Shown: one piece after another, positions 30,501 to 38,249 of the stretch
How the letters are laid out: each line of letters opens with the position of its first letter
Position numbering within the stretch: the stretch's first letter is position 1
IMG/VR virus record: IMGVR_UViG_3300033521_000005
Location: 1-62,335 of that record
Source: a virus
Lineage: Duplodnaviria; Caudoviricetes
Reading direction: 5' to 3' (one strand)
DNA length: 62,335 nucleotides
Translations under genes and position numbers: made by a program
Notes under the pieces: model-generated
Database searches by the model: none
Seen by the model: only the letters and a program-made list of their open reading frames with translations
What the model was told of the DNA's origin: nothing

Positions 30501-32078
30501 AGCCCCACGTTCAAGTTGAACAACTTGATCCGCGACTCGGTGCAATCCATCGGCGTCAGCGAACTGGGCGCAAACCCGCTCAAGAACGTCTTGGCTGGCA
30601 TCAGCGCCTACGAGGAGCACCGCGCGTCTGTTCTGGCTGGCGGCGGCACCTTTACGATGGGCAACGCCTTCGATGGCGACCGCTCCGAAGCGGTGAAGCG
30701 TCTGGTTGCCAAGGGCGTGAATGCCAACGACATCATCGACACCCCGGAGAAGGCCAAGGCTCTGGCCCGCGAGCTCTGGGACGTCTACGACCACGTCTCG
30801 GATGTGGCCGAAAACGCCAACCGCGTGGCCCTGTACGACAAGATGATGAGCGGCGGCGCAACCCACCTTGAGGCATCCTTTGCGGCCCGAGACCTGCAAG
30901 ACTTTTCAAGCTCCGGCGCGTGGGCGGCGATCCGCTATGCCAACCAAGTCTTGCCGTACTTCAACAGCCGGATGCAGGGCCTCTACAAACTGGGCCGCGA
31001 CGGCATCGACCCGGCCATCAAGGTGGTCATGGGCACGGCAACAGACAGCGACCGGGCCAAGGCAAAGAAGTTTGCTTTAACCACGGCTGCCGTCACCCTG
31101 TCTGGCATGGCGCTCTACTTGGCCTACAAGGACGACGAGGAGTTCAAGAAGCGCGAGGACTGGGATCGGGATATGTTCTTCTGGTTCCGCATCCCCGGAA
31201 CAGACAAGGCCATCCGCATTCCGAAGCCGTTTGAAATGGGTGCCATTGCCACCGTGGCAGAGCGCACTCTGGAACAGATCGTGGACAAGGATGTTGAGGG
31301 CCGGGTGTTTGGTCAGCGCATGATGGCCTTACTGGCGGACAACTTCGCCATCAACCCAATCCCGCAGGTCATGCGCCCACTGGATGACATCCGGACGAAT
31401 GTGGACAGCCTGAGTGGCCGCCCCATTGAGACCGAAGCCATGCGGAATCTGTCCGCCGATGAGCGCATCAACCCGCGCACCTCTGGCGCAGGCATTGCCT
31501 TGAACCGGGTCAACAGTATGGTTGCCGACGGCATTGGCAAGCTGACCGGCGTTGATCCAGAGAAGATGAAGTTCTCGCCCATCCAGTACGACTACATGCT
31601 TCGCGGCTACCTCGGGTGGCTTGGAACGGTCATCGAGCTCAATTCCTACTACGCCATGCAGGCGGTCAAGCCCGGTGCCATGCCAGACCTGCGGGTGGAC
31701 GACGTTCTGTTGGTGGGCAACTTTGTCCGCGACCTACCGGCGGGCCAGTCCAAGTACGTGACCCAGTTCTACCAGACCGCAGAGCGGGCGGCTCGCGCGG
31801 GCGCCGACTTGCGCAACATGGCAAAGCAGCCCGGACGCCAGAAGGAAGCCGAGGCTTTCTACAAGGAGAACGAGTCCGCGCTGGAGCTTGAAAGCCCGTA
31901 CAACTCGGTGAAGCGGCAACTGACCGACATCAACAACAACATCAAGTTGATCGAGGGCGACACCGTGATGACCGGGGCCGAGAAGCGCAAACAGATCGAC
32001 GAGCTCCAAGGCTATCGCCATGAGCTTGCCAAGCAGATCGAGCTCGAGCGGATTGGCCGGGATAGGGCGCGGCGGTAG
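24534..32078 (+). CDS. Large polyvalent ejection protein (2514 aa; zincin-like HE..GH domain, LPD38-like C-terminus)
   Basis: AHEVAGHFGL motif; IPKPFEMG motif; hydrophobic Gly/Ala N-terminal part; AP-rich linkers. Confidence 0.8.
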   Translation: MATTRLLLGNPSEDGNPIYKTSTDARRELGGFTTLGKVSLDSLFEVSPSNDTPYPSRPSSTGGATKLGKLKLDDLFGADPEPTPEEKPKVANEDTGDVMRGTGIALEQTPAALKGAIGLIGESGEKTFGKGGMFSALKSYGFEGFQTDMAKIGERAKETDDVTKAWARAKEGDIGALVDWAQYGLGYTAGNVIEAGVMTLAGAVAGSATAGPVGAVAGGASGLAAKGLVKNLIESAVKKETAAILEKSAAKGITEEAAQKIAVRNVAANIGATTAVVGENIAKELGGIYGEAEQGARTEGRELDAGDLARIWGSGVAAGVVEGAVDRLGIKALTGKIPIPGNGKLGRVIVGGATGAGIEGGTELIQTVLERYGAGQQLADEEAIHDYINSFALGSLGGGTLGSISGLRGKKNDAPGLKDRMLKQAEAELGSDDGRRDLFESMLQDEKMRDVLQVNGIENSDDPRFQSVVIQAINRERLIDSVTVPTAEERSEKTKQRGEDVQAAFGDTASTSVGVGTGTGEPVIQRESVVPNEETSTLDPVSGQPVPATLPDGKTLALSGEDLVAAQAGFNVEPTFNVGTTQTGNRFTTQSQAETFLFGPVDPKSGKRSGGYSESVPDLEFQIRRGQKSKDAGGGSFYFIESRPQQQQPSGQAPAPAPAPAPAPAPAPAPAPTPAPAPAPTPAPAPAPAANAAAALWDAFGGVKYDTLPDPIKQDWDESVQEGLKPAILATLHRNLSAAAMPAPAPAPAPAPAAATPAPAADAAPAAVEPTAPAKPVEPAAPVEVKVEAPAPAPAPTRTADQVHSEAKVAGEKAMALLSKSGQLPVSGSKKRAEYDALVEQERKLKDEWAAMTGKPAPETKPAPTEQATEQAPAKQTVEQKLKDKQKQKKAESKKAEPKPAETKPANAEAKPVEPAKAAKPAEAKPAEPPKPAEAQSKKGPDAELGETWDDNDPGDGTHVAWADLPAGSKAQWRTASRDGYSNTPEYDRISKVMRQNARADRAQQLAEQSRKKAEDDTKFRTTSNPGSGLTVAKVAEIVTKTVKGWANLPNIIVVETDYDMPANIQADIDKAGVRGTVKGAFSGGKVYIVASNHANPTDVWMTVAHEVAGHFGLQAILGSSYSKVMDQIYRGNKNVRDAVDAMMKKEGYLNRATAVEEVLADMAEKGVSPENKSALQALFAKIRQWLRETFNVAFVTDNDVASLVANARRFAMDGDVKRGTGEAALGSTFRSEAPTFYSALERAFQSPKIQLDKNGMTSASQWKAWLFSKDKEGNIVPKIAGVKREEIEWTGINEWLDLKGNEKLAPQQIAAWVALNKPKVNDVMLSGPGTFLELNDLKQMYEDQYAEDGIIDLYTATREELISELGLEDNHEGTKHNNQRLTLDGGRSYVELALVDPTVKPYKKDDTTHFGDITRGKTIGWLRMNERKDKDGNTVLFLEELQSQRGQDLRQGKDVPPTPFIKKTESWTGLLLKRAIAYAQSRGIDRVVWTTGEQQNERYKFPGDEIVYVKDKAKGTAELTVMRGGREIHTAKDVPLENLSDYVGQDAAAAIASNQGVMLDNEIEASGSLKGDDLRLMDANLKPFYDRTVPSVAKTIVGKDAVQVMEIEGTGQQLGFVIPDSLKQQIASDGMPLFRRADYDNQFSDLPEDTQRIARAKGTPTPPTIRERLEALRPELGKRLVQGAFDSFRSVRDISDKAYMMLRLSRSVDGAVEGLVHFGQVFNDDGALNIVKGSKGLIDVMKPLAGETDRFMLWMAANRAAQLKKQDRELYFTDEEIAKLQKLNLGKMPDGKARADAYAEVQRGMNALNQSVLKVAHQAGLIDDAGFKKFASDVWYVPFYRYMEQDGTLSSAMTSTGSVNQYFSRVLEGSERPLDDLMKNTLMNWSHILSASMKNNASKETLSAADKLGGIVSKITAISDVMGEDSNGNVVPLKGTVKVMEGGKPVHYEIDDPFLLQSLSAVSGIDHNDFFLRVARPFKTTLTRLVALSPTFKLNNLIRDSVQSIGVSELGANPLKNVLAGISAYEEHRASVLAGGGTFTMGNAFDGDRSEAVKRLVAKGVNANDIIDTPEKAKALARELWDVYDHVSDVAENANRVALYDKMMSGGATHLEASFAARDLQDFSSSGAWAAIRYANQVLPYFNSRMQGLYKLGRDGIDPAIKVVMGTATDSDRAKAKKFALTTAAVTLSGMALYLAYKDDEEFKKREDWDRDMFFWFRIPGTDKAIRIPKPFEMGAIATVAERTLEQIVDKDVEGRVFGQRMMALLADNFAINPIPQVMRPLDDIRTNVDSLSGRPIETEAMRNLSADERINPRTSGAGIALNRVNSMVADGIGKLTGVDPEKMKFSPIQYDYMLRGYLGWLGTVIELNSYYAMQAVKPGAMPDLRVDDVLLVGNFVRDLPAGQSKYVTQFYQTAERAARAGADLRNMAKQPGRQKEAEAFYKENESALELESPYNSVKRQLTDINNNIKLIEGDTVMTGAEKRKQIDELQGYRHELAKQIELERIGRDRARR
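26490..26920 (+). repeat. Low-complexity (Ala-Pro)n coding linkers
   Basis: Long AP runs with varied synonymous codons. Confidence 0.8.
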
Positions 32079-32248
32079 CTGTGACCGAAATGTGTGTCAC
32101 GGTTCACAGGGGCAAGTAGTCACAGGCAGTAGTTTGCTGTGGCTACTTGTTGCTGGGGCTGGAACCACCCGGACAGGGGAGGGCATAGGTTGCTGATTCA
32201 ATGGGGAAAATCTGTTGCCTGTTGCGGCCCGACGTGTGCTGCTTTCCA

Positions 32249-32307
32249 GACTTAAAATCCGCTGGCCCTCGCGGGCCGTGCCGGTTCAAGTCCGGCTCCG
32301 GGCACCA
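32249..32307 (+). other. attP: attP core: 3' half of tRNA-Leu (TAA)
   Basis: GACTTAAAATCC anticodon loop, long variable arm, GGTTCAAGTCC T-arm and CCA end; no 5' half; adjacent to the integrase stop; IHF-like AATCAGGTACTTA at 32310-32322. Confidence 0.88.
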
Positions 32308-32319
32308 ATAATCAGGTAC

Positions 32320-33375
32320 TTACGACACGGCCTTCAGTTCCGACCGGGACTCCTGTGGCCGGAACTGTGACACCAGCACCTCATCCACCTTGGAAGCGTA
32401 GGGCGCGAGCGATTCCAAGCTGTGGTGGCGGTAGCGATCCACCATCCTCGGAGTCTCCCATGCCCCCAGTTTCTGGAGGACGCTGTCCGGCACTCCGCGC
32501 TGCGCCAGCATCGACGCCCACGTATGCCGCATGTCGTGGGGGCGGAAGTCCGTGATGCCCGCCCGCCGCAGTGCCCGCTTCCACATATCGCTGCTGCACT
32601 GGTTGATGCGCTTGCCCTTGTGCGTGAAGACGTAGGTGTGGTGCTCACCGATCTTGCGCCGCAAGACTTCGATGGCCGCCTCGTTCAACGGAATGCCGAG
32701 GTCTTTCCCGCCCTTCATCTTTTCCGCGTCCACAAACAGAGTGCGCCGGGTGAGGCTGACCTGTTGCCAAGTCAATCCAAGCACGTTGCTCTGCCGTAGG
32801 CCGGTGGCAAACGAGAACGCCGCAATGTCCTTCCAGTGTGGCGGCAGGGCATCCAACAGTCTGGCGATCTCGTCAGGCTCCAACCAGCGGGTGCGGCCCT
32901 TGGGCTCCTCGTACAGAAAGAAGTCCGGCAGGTTGTCCCGCTTGATCCACTTGTACTTGATGCACACCAACCGCAGTGTCGCGCGGAGCGTAGCCAGATA
33001 CCTGTTGCGCGTGGCTGGCCCGAGCCTGTCTTCGAGCTTTTTGATGGTGTTGACTACAAGCTCTTGCGTGATCTGGCTCACGTTGAGGCCCTTGAACTCT
33101 TGGAGCCAGAACTGCGACCGCTGTTCATAGTCTTCGATGGACTTGAGCTTTTCCTTGCGCTTGTCCGCAAGAAACAGTTCGACCGCCTCCGAGAACTTGT
33201 GCTCTGGCTTGATCCCCAGCCGCTTCTGTTCCCAGACCTCATGCTTGGTGCGGTCGAACAATTCCTGCGCTAACTGCTTGTTCTCCGTGCCAGTTGTCTC
33301 GCGCCTCCGCTGCCCTGCGGCATCGGTGTAGCTCATCCACCAGACTGCGGATTCCTTCCTTCGATAGAGCGCCAT
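32320..33375 (-). CDS. int: Tyrosine integrase
   Basis: TGLR, HDMRHTWAS, LGAW and RY catalytic residues; N-terminal arm-binding domain. Confidence 0.95.
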   Translation of the reverse strand: MALYRRKESAVWWMSYTDAAGQRRRETTGTENKQLAQELFDRTKHEVWEQKRLGIKPEHKFSEAVELFLADKRKEKLKSIEDYEQRSQFWLQEFKGLNVSQITQELVVNTIKKLEDRLGPATRNRYLATLRATLRLVCIKYKWIKRDNLPDFFLYEEPKGRTRWLEPDEIARLLDALPPHWKDIAAFSFATGLRQSNVLGLTWQQVSLTRRTLFVDAEKMKGGKDLGIPLNEAAIEVLRRKIGEHHTYVFTHKGKRINQCSSDMWKRALRRAGITDFRPHDMRHTWASMLAQRGVPDSVLQKLGAWETPRMVDRYRHHSLESLAPYASKVDEVLVSQFRPQESRSELKAVS

Positions 33376-33386
33376 CCTTCACTCCT

Positions 33387-33593
33387 TTAGGCGCCCTTCC
33401 CCTGTCCGGGGGAGCCTTCAGCTTGGCGCTGTTTGATGTAGTTGTCAACGTCCGAGGCGTAGAACCTCCAGTGACCACGGCTGTGCATCTTGAACGCCGG
33501 GATGATCTGAGAGACGGCCCAGCGACGGGCCGTTTCCTTGTTCACCCCTAGCAGTTTCGCTGCCTCTGCGAGACCGAGAATCTGTTGCTGCAT
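33387..33593 (-). CDS. xis: Excisionase-like HTH protein
   Basis: EAAKLLGV..ET.RRW....IPAFK...WRF; directly upstream of int. Confidence 0.8.
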   Translation of the reverse strand: MQQQILGLAEAAKLLGVNKETARRWAVSQIIPAFKMHSRGHWRFYASDVDNYIKQRQAEGSPGQGKGA

Positions 33594-33594
33594 T

Positions 33595-33927
33595 TCATTC
33601 GCCCTTATCAAGTCGTGCTGCGGCCAGTGTGTCGCTGTACTGCTCTGGGTAGCGGATGCGCAGCTTGCCGATATTCTGCTCAGCGACCATGTCCATCGAG
33701 ACGCCGAGGGCTTTGCACCCCAGCGCCACGAACCACAACAGATCGCCTAGCTCCTCGACGGCGTTGGTCTTGTCGAGCGGCTTGCCGTAGACCGTGTGCT
33801 TCTTCACACAGTCCACGTACTCACCGGCCTCGCCAGCCAAGCCGAGCGCGGAGTGCAACAGATCGCCGGTCTCGCCCAGACTCTTTGCCGTGCGAATTGC
33901 AAGGGTTTGGTACTGGACGAAATCCAT
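33595..33927 (-). CDS. MazG-like nucleotide pyrophosphohydrolase
   Basis: LGLAGEAGE..D.VKK and EELGDLLW..N..KL..RY motifs. Confidence 0.88.
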   Translation of the reverse strand: MDFVQYQTLAIRTAKSLGETGDLLHSALGLAGEAGEYVDCVKKHTVYGKPLDKTNAVEELGDLLWFVALGCKALGVSMDMVAEQNIGKLRIRYPEQYSDTLAAARLDKGE

Positions 33928-33930
33928 GAC

Positions 33931-34131
33931 TTACTCCGCTTCCACTTCGGGCTTGGTGGTTTCCAGCGTCACGCCACTGGAGACCAACTGGGCCACGTCA
34001 TAGGGCGAGGCGACTCGCACCATGAACTGCTCGGCAGCAACGTGGCGAACAGCCTGTGCGGGGTTGCCAGCTTCGATCAGGCGGGCCTTTTGGGTTGCGT
34101 TGTCGTGAACGACGTAAATGCGATGGGACAT
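33931..34131 (-). CDS. Hypothetical protein (66 aa)
   Basis: RBS AGGA; in operon. Confidence 0.65.
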   Translation of the reverse strand: MSHRIYVVHDNATQKARLIEAGNPAQAVRHVAAEQFMVRVASPYDVAQLVSSGVTLETTKPEVEAE

Positions 34132-34156
34132 AGTTTTCCTTTCGGGTGGTTAAAAA

Positions 34157-34531
34157 TTAGGCAGACAGTTTTGTGCGGAGCTCATAGCCCATCAGGGGCC
34201 AGACTTTCTGCACGGCATTGGCGCGGGCGATCCGGCGACCGATCTCCGCATTGAAGTTCTCCGGGCTGGCACAAGCCGACTCACCCGTTACGGTGAAGCC
34301 GTTCTTCAGTACCAGCACACAGAACGTCAACAGACCCAAGGCTTCTGGAACCATGCCGGTGAAGCACTGGACTGCACCTTGCTGGCCTTCCTTGGCTGTG
34401 AAGTAGTGTTCGCTGGCGATGTTCGCCTCGAGGTCGGCAGGCGTGATCCGTGGGGCCACGTCTGCTCCAACAGCCTTGATCTGTTGCTCGAGACCTGCGT
34501 CGTCAGTGCGGGGGGAATTTGCGTTGAACAC
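34157..34531 (-). CDS. Phage gp49/66-family protein (possible Acb4-like nucleotide sponge)
   Basis: LTFCVLVLKNGFTVTGESACASPENFNAEIGRRIA..W..GY family signature. Confidence 0.7.
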   Translation of the reverse strand: MFNANSPRTDDAGLEQQIKAVGADVAPRITPADLEANIASEHYFTAKEGQQGAVQCFTGMVPEALGLLTFCVLVLKNGFTVTGESACASPENFNAEIGRRIARANAVQKVWPLMGYELRTKLSA

Positions 34532-34540
34532 GTTGCACCA

Positions 34541-34744
34541 TTACTCGTTGGCTGGCTCGACCTTGGGGTCAACGGGCTTGGCGTCCAAATCCTTGGCAGC
34601 GCGTTCCTGTTCCTGCACGGCCATGATGGCGCGGGAGCGGAGCACGTCGATGTGGGGCTGAGCCTGATCGTAGGGGAACTTTGCCAGCGCACTGATGGCA
34701 GCGTTCACGGTGTCGATTGGGATGGTGATTGTGATTTCGTTCAT
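34541..34744 (-). CDS. Hypothetical protein (67 aa)
   Basis: ATGA coupling; in operon. Confidence 0.6.
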   Translation of the reverse strand: MNEITITIPIDTVNAAISALAKFPYDQAQPHIDVLRSRAIMAVQEQERAAKDLDAKPVDPKVEPANE

Positions 34745-35046
34745 GGCGTTGCTTGGTTGGGGTTGAAGATTGCTTTCAGGACGCGCTGGCTGCGGCCAGA
34801 TACGCCCTTCCTGCGCTCACCTGTGTCCACGATCCTGCCTTTGCGTAGCAGGGGCGCGAAGCGCGGGGTGATTGTGTTCCAGCGGAAGCCGGGTAACTCG
34901 CGCTCGAGCTCGTCGGCAGTACACCCTTCGGGAAACTGCGCGATGGCCTCGAGGACGATCTTTTCCATCTGCGTTGCGTCAACAGACTTGGCCGCCAGAT
35001 GACTGGTGTCCGGGTCTGTTGCGCGGGCCAGTGCCTCGGTGTTCAT
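34741..35046 (-). CDS. Winged-helix DNA-binding protein
   Basis: ARATDPDTSH.AA; R..L...G.IVDTGERR..SGR pattern. Confidence 0.65.
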   Translation of the reverse strand: MNTEALARATDPDTSHLAAKSVDATQMEKIVLEAIAQFPEGCTADELERELPGFRWNTITPRFAPLLRKGRIVDTGERRKGVSGRSQRVLKAIFNPNQATP

Positions 35047-35048
35047 GG

Positions 35049-35402
35049 TCAGAACGGGATGTCGTCATCCATGTCATCGAAACCACCACCAGCGGGCTGG
35101 CGTGGGTCTTGGCGCTGGGGCTGGGGGCGCTGCTGCGGGCGCGGCGCGGGGTTTCCCCGGCTGGACTGCGAGTAGCCACCGCCACCGCCGCGCTGCTGTT
35201 GCTGTTCCTGCTTGGGTTGCAATGCCAGACTGAAGAACTTCTGTCCCTCGAGCTTGCTGCCCTCGCGGCCTTCCTTGATCCATGCGGACAGCCAGTATTC
35301 CTGACCGCCCACGTTGATCGAGCCCGTGTAGTCGGGGTGGGTGTCGCGCTCCTTGCGCTGGTTCTTTGCGAGGAGACCGGAGTTGGTGTTGTCGTAAGCC
35401 AT
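35049..35402 (-). CDS. Single-stranded DNA-binding protein (phage type)
   Basis: HPDYTG.I...G.EYWLSAW core; Gln/Gly linker; acidic DDIPF tail. Confidence 0.8.
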   Translation of the reverse strand: MAYDNTNSGLLAKNQRKERDTHPDYTGSINVGGQEYWLSAWIKEGREGSKLEGQKFFSLALQPKQEQQQQRGGGGGYSQSSRGNPAPRPQQRPQPQRQDPRQPAGGGFDDMDDDIPF

Positions 35403-35412
35403 TTGGGTTCTT

Positions 35413-36036
35413 TCAGATTTGGGTTGCGTCTAATTCAAAAAGTTGTTCGGCCTCTATCTCGAGTTTGAAGTCGGGCGTCGGCTGTTTCTTTTCGCGGGGT
35501 GGTTCGATGCCGGACTCATACCAGCACCAAAAATCCGCCAGTCGCACATGCAGCCAGTCCCAATAGACTTTGCTGCGGTGTACGCGGCGAATGCTGAGTT
35601 GACCCGGCACCCAGACGACGAAGTCCCACCACGATCTGTTGGTGATCTCCATCAGCCCCTGTACCTGAGCCATGTAGTAAGCCGGAATTTCCGGGTAGAT
35701 TTCTTTTGACATGGGGCACTTGATCTCGCCGCCGCCCTCCAGCCCGATCAGGAAGTCCGGGCTACCGCCCAGCCAGTCGATCTCGGGATGGGGCACGAAG
35801 CCGCACAGATCGGCCTTGGTCTGTTTTGCGATCTCGTAGGCACCCAGTGCCACGGGCTCGTTGTCTTCGCCCCACTGGGTGGCCGCATTGCCCTCGAAAG
35901 TCTCGAGCTTGTGCAGCCGACGCCAGAGTTGCTGGCGCGAGCCGGGGGCCAGCCCAGCCGCCTGTCCAAAAACAGACGCCGTGAGCTTGCCTTCGCGTTC
36001 CTTGAACCATTCAGCAGAGCGTTGCGGTGCGTTCAT
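35413..36036 (-). CDS. YqaJ / lambda-exonuclease family
   Basis: QRS.EW...R.GKLTAS; SPD..EIKCP; Y.AQVQ. Confidence 0.9.
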   Translation of the reverse strand: MNAPQRSAEWFKEREGKLTASVFGQAAGLAPGSRQQLWRRLHKLETFEGNAATQWGEDNEPVALGAYEIAKQTKADLCGFVPHPEIDWLGGSPDFLIGLEGGGEIKCPMSKEIYPEIPAYYMAQVQGLMEITNRSWWDFVVWVPGQLSIRRVHRSKVYWDWLHVRLADFWCWYESGIEPPREKKQPTPDFKLEIEAEQLFELDATQI

Positions 36037-36045
36037 GTCCGTGCC

Positions 36046-36846
36046 TTACTTGACGTTGATGAACGGCACCACGCCAGCATTGGTGGTGGGCAGCTTGCCG
36101 TCCCATTTTTCGATAGCCTTGAGCTCCACGTATTCCTTGCCGCCCTGCTTGGACACGGCCTCGGCCTTGATGCGGATAGCGTCAGCCTCGCCCTGTGCTT
36201 CGGCGCGTTTGCGGTCGGCCTCCACCTTGGCGACTTCCAGCTTGTTCTTTTCCTCTTGCAGTTTGAACAGAGCTTGGGCGGACGCCTTGATGTTGGCCTC
36301 GAGCGCCGGGTCTGTTACCAGATTGCGCACATTGGCCGAGCGGACAAAGAACATGCCCTTGCCAGCCTCGGCATCGAGGTTTGATTGCAGGTCTTTCACC
36401 ACGTCGGCGGCGATCTGGCTGCGCTCTGTGTGAACAGTCGCGGAGCCGCGCCGTGCAACTGCGGAATAGACGGCCTCGCGGGCTTGGCGCATCACGTAGT
36501 TGAAGCCGATGCGAACACCTTCCTCGCCTTTAACCGCGACTGCGTCACCGGGCCACTTGGTCATAATGTCCGAAGCCTTGGCCGGGTCGATCTGGACGTA
36601 AATGTCTACGTCCAAGTCGGACAGTGTGATCTTGTCGGATGTCTGCGGCTTCATGTCATCCAGCGCCAGCGGAACTTCCTTGGCAATGACCTCAGTCACC
36701 CGCTTGAACATCGTGAAGTACACGCCGGGGGGCATGGTTTCTTTCTTGACCTGACCCAGTGTGGATTCGACGCCGACGTTGCCGGTGTCGATCTGCGAAC
36801 AGGCGCCCAACAGAACAATGGGCAGGGAGAGCAATAGCTTTTTCAT
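36046..36846 (-). CDS. SPFH/prohibitin-domain lipoprotein
   Basis: Lipobox LGAC; A.GEA.A repeats; IEKWDGKLP tail. Confidence 0.85.
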   Translation of the reverse strand: MKKLLLSLPIVLLGACSQIDTGNVGVESTLGQVKKETMPPGVYFTMFKRVTEVIAKEVPLALDDMKPQTSDKITLSDLDVDIYVQIDPAKASDIMTKWPGDAVAVKGEEGVRIGFNYVMRQAREAVYSAVARRGSATVHTERSQIAADVVKDLQSNLDAEAGKGMFFVRSANVRNLVTDPALEANIKASAQALFKLQEEKNKLEVAKVEADRKRAEAQGEADAIRIKAEAVSKQGGKEYVELKAIEKWDGKLPTTNAGVVPFINVK

Positions 36847-36851
36847 GGTGC

Positions 36852-37043
36852 TTAAATAAGTTGGGTTGCGGGTAGTTGTGCTGCCGTCCAGATCAGCAAC
36901 AGAATCAACAGAATCATTGCGCCGATGCGCCAGAAGTGGCGTCCGATGGCCTTGGTGGCTTCCTTGCGCGACTCCTCGTCAGAGAAGTGCCACGCCACAT
37001 ACAGCGTCAGAACAAAGACCATCAGGAGCAGGAGGTGCTTCAC
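36852..37043 (-). CDS. Small two-TM protein (63 aa)
   Basis: Two hydrophobic helices; coupled to its neighbours. Confidence 0.6.
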   Translation of the reverse strand: MKHLLLLMVFVLTLYVAWHFSDEESRKEATKAIGRHFWRIGAMILLILLLIWTAAQLPATQLI

Positions 37044-37525
37044 GGCACGATCTCCCAGTCCTCGGCCAGCATGTCGGTCTGTGAGGCCAGCCAGCCCACG
37101 ACGACCGTATCTGTTGCGGTCTTCATGGCGATGGAGTCCACGAATGCGAGGCCGAGTGTTCCGTGCTCTACGGGCAGTGGCAGGGGGCCGAACGATGTGG
37201 CCTTGACCAAGAACAGATACATGCCCTTGCCGTTCCAGCCCTTGCGGGCGACCTTGAAGCCGAACTTCAGGGCCGCGATGGCGCCGCCAAAGGCCAGTGC
37301 GTCTGTTGGCCGGTACGACCGCTCAAACACGTCCTTCGGACTCCAGCTTATGTAGCCGATGTAGTCCGTGTGATTGGCTTGTCCGCCGTCCATGTATTCA
37401 ACAAGGTAGCCCTCGTCCGCGCCGTTCTCGTCGGCTGGCAATTCCCATCCGCGCAGCACGCTGTACTCGGCGCGGGTCATGGGCTTGGCGTAAACCTGTT
37501 TGGTTCCGAGGTAGTGGCTGGTCAT
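37040..37525 (-). CDS. DUF2829 / Tad2-like protein with extra N-terminal domain (161 aa)
   Basis: Start re-assigned to 37525; F..A...LK.G.KVARKGWNGKGM and W.ASQTDMLAEDW motifs. Confidence 0.78.
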   Translation of the reverse strand: MTSHYLGTKQVYAKPMTRAEYSVLRGWELPADENGADEGYLVEYMDGGQANHTDYIGYISWSPKDVFERSYRPTDALAFGGAIAALKFGFKVARKGWNGKGMYLFLVKATSFGPLPLPVEHGTLGLAFVDSIAMKTATDTVVVGWLASQTDMLAEDWEIVP

Positions 37526-38088
37526 TCCGCAGCCTTGCTCGGCAGGTTGGACGACAGAGCCTGAGCGTAGGTCTTGGTGACCTCGCGGACAGGGGCTGGC
37601 AGGGCCGTGAAGACAGAGCGCAGTTCCTCGACAGTCTCGCAGTTGGCAAGGGCTTCCTTGGCCTTCTGCAAGTCCTCGACGCTCACCTTGGGCTTGGGCG
37701 GCTCTGGCTTTTCTTCCTCGTAGGGAAGGTCTTCGCCAGCGTAGATGTAGAGACCCAGACCGTGCAGCGCGATTGCCTTCGCCAAGCACCGCTGCATTGC
37801 GGTGTTGATCTGGAACGAGTCGGGCTCGGGGATGGGTTTGTTGCGGTGATCCATGACCGGCAGTTGCGCCGTCATGTTCTTTCCGAATGCGTTGACGGTG
37901 CAGAACACCATCATCGTTGCGTTGCCGTACACCATCGGCTCGCCGTAGCTCCAAGTTGCAGCGGGATCAGCTCGCAACAGTTGGTCAACAGCCCAAGCCC
38001 ACGACAGGTAGGTCAGGTTCTGCTTCTTTTCCGTCTTGTCATTGACGTTAATAGAAGCGAGGCGCAGGTATGCGCTTTCTTCAGCCAT
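37522..38088 (-). CDS. Sak/DUF1071 ssDNA-annealing recombinase
   Basis: LTYLSWAWA; LPVMDHRN; IN...RCL.KAIALHGLGLYIYAGED. Confidence 0.88.
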   Translation of the reverse strand: MAEESAYLRLASINVNDKTEKKQNLTYLSWAWAVDQLLRADPAATWSYGEPMVYGNATMMVFCTVNAFGKNMTAQLPVMDHRNKPIPEPDSFQINTAMQRCLAKAIALHGLGLYIYAGEDLPYEEEKPEPPKPKVSVEDLQKAKEALANCETVEELRSVFTALPAPVREVTKTYAQALSSNLPSKAAE

Positions 38089-38133
38089 CGTTTACTCCTT
38101 CAATCCCGCTACACAAACGAGCGGTACAAGTGG

Positions 38134-38172
38134 ACTATACGTGGCTACCTGTAGATTGACAACTTGACTTGT
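38134..38172 (-). promoter_or_regulatory. Leftward sigma70 promoter with overlapping 434-type operator
   Basis: Minus strand TTGTCA-17-TATAGT; ACAACTTGACTTGT at 38159-38172. Confidence 0.65.
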
Positions 38173-38249
38173 AGGAAGACCCAGTAGATTGGTGGGTTAT
38201 GTTGTGGTCTGTAGTGGCATGTAGTGGAGCGCGGCTTGTCGTAGACAAC

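Noticed and set aside
24534-32078. N4-like virion RNA polymerase
   Set aside because: No recognisable T7-family polymerase motifs; features fit an LPD38-type polyvalent protein.
32221-32307. Complete phage-encoded tRNA-Leu
   Set aside because: No 5' acceptor strand or D-arm upstream of the anticodon loop; better explained as the attP core.
37526-37954. N-terminal extension of the 304-aa ORF 37040..37954
   Set aside because: Overlaps the Sak gene in another frame; the real start is the coupled ATG at 37525.
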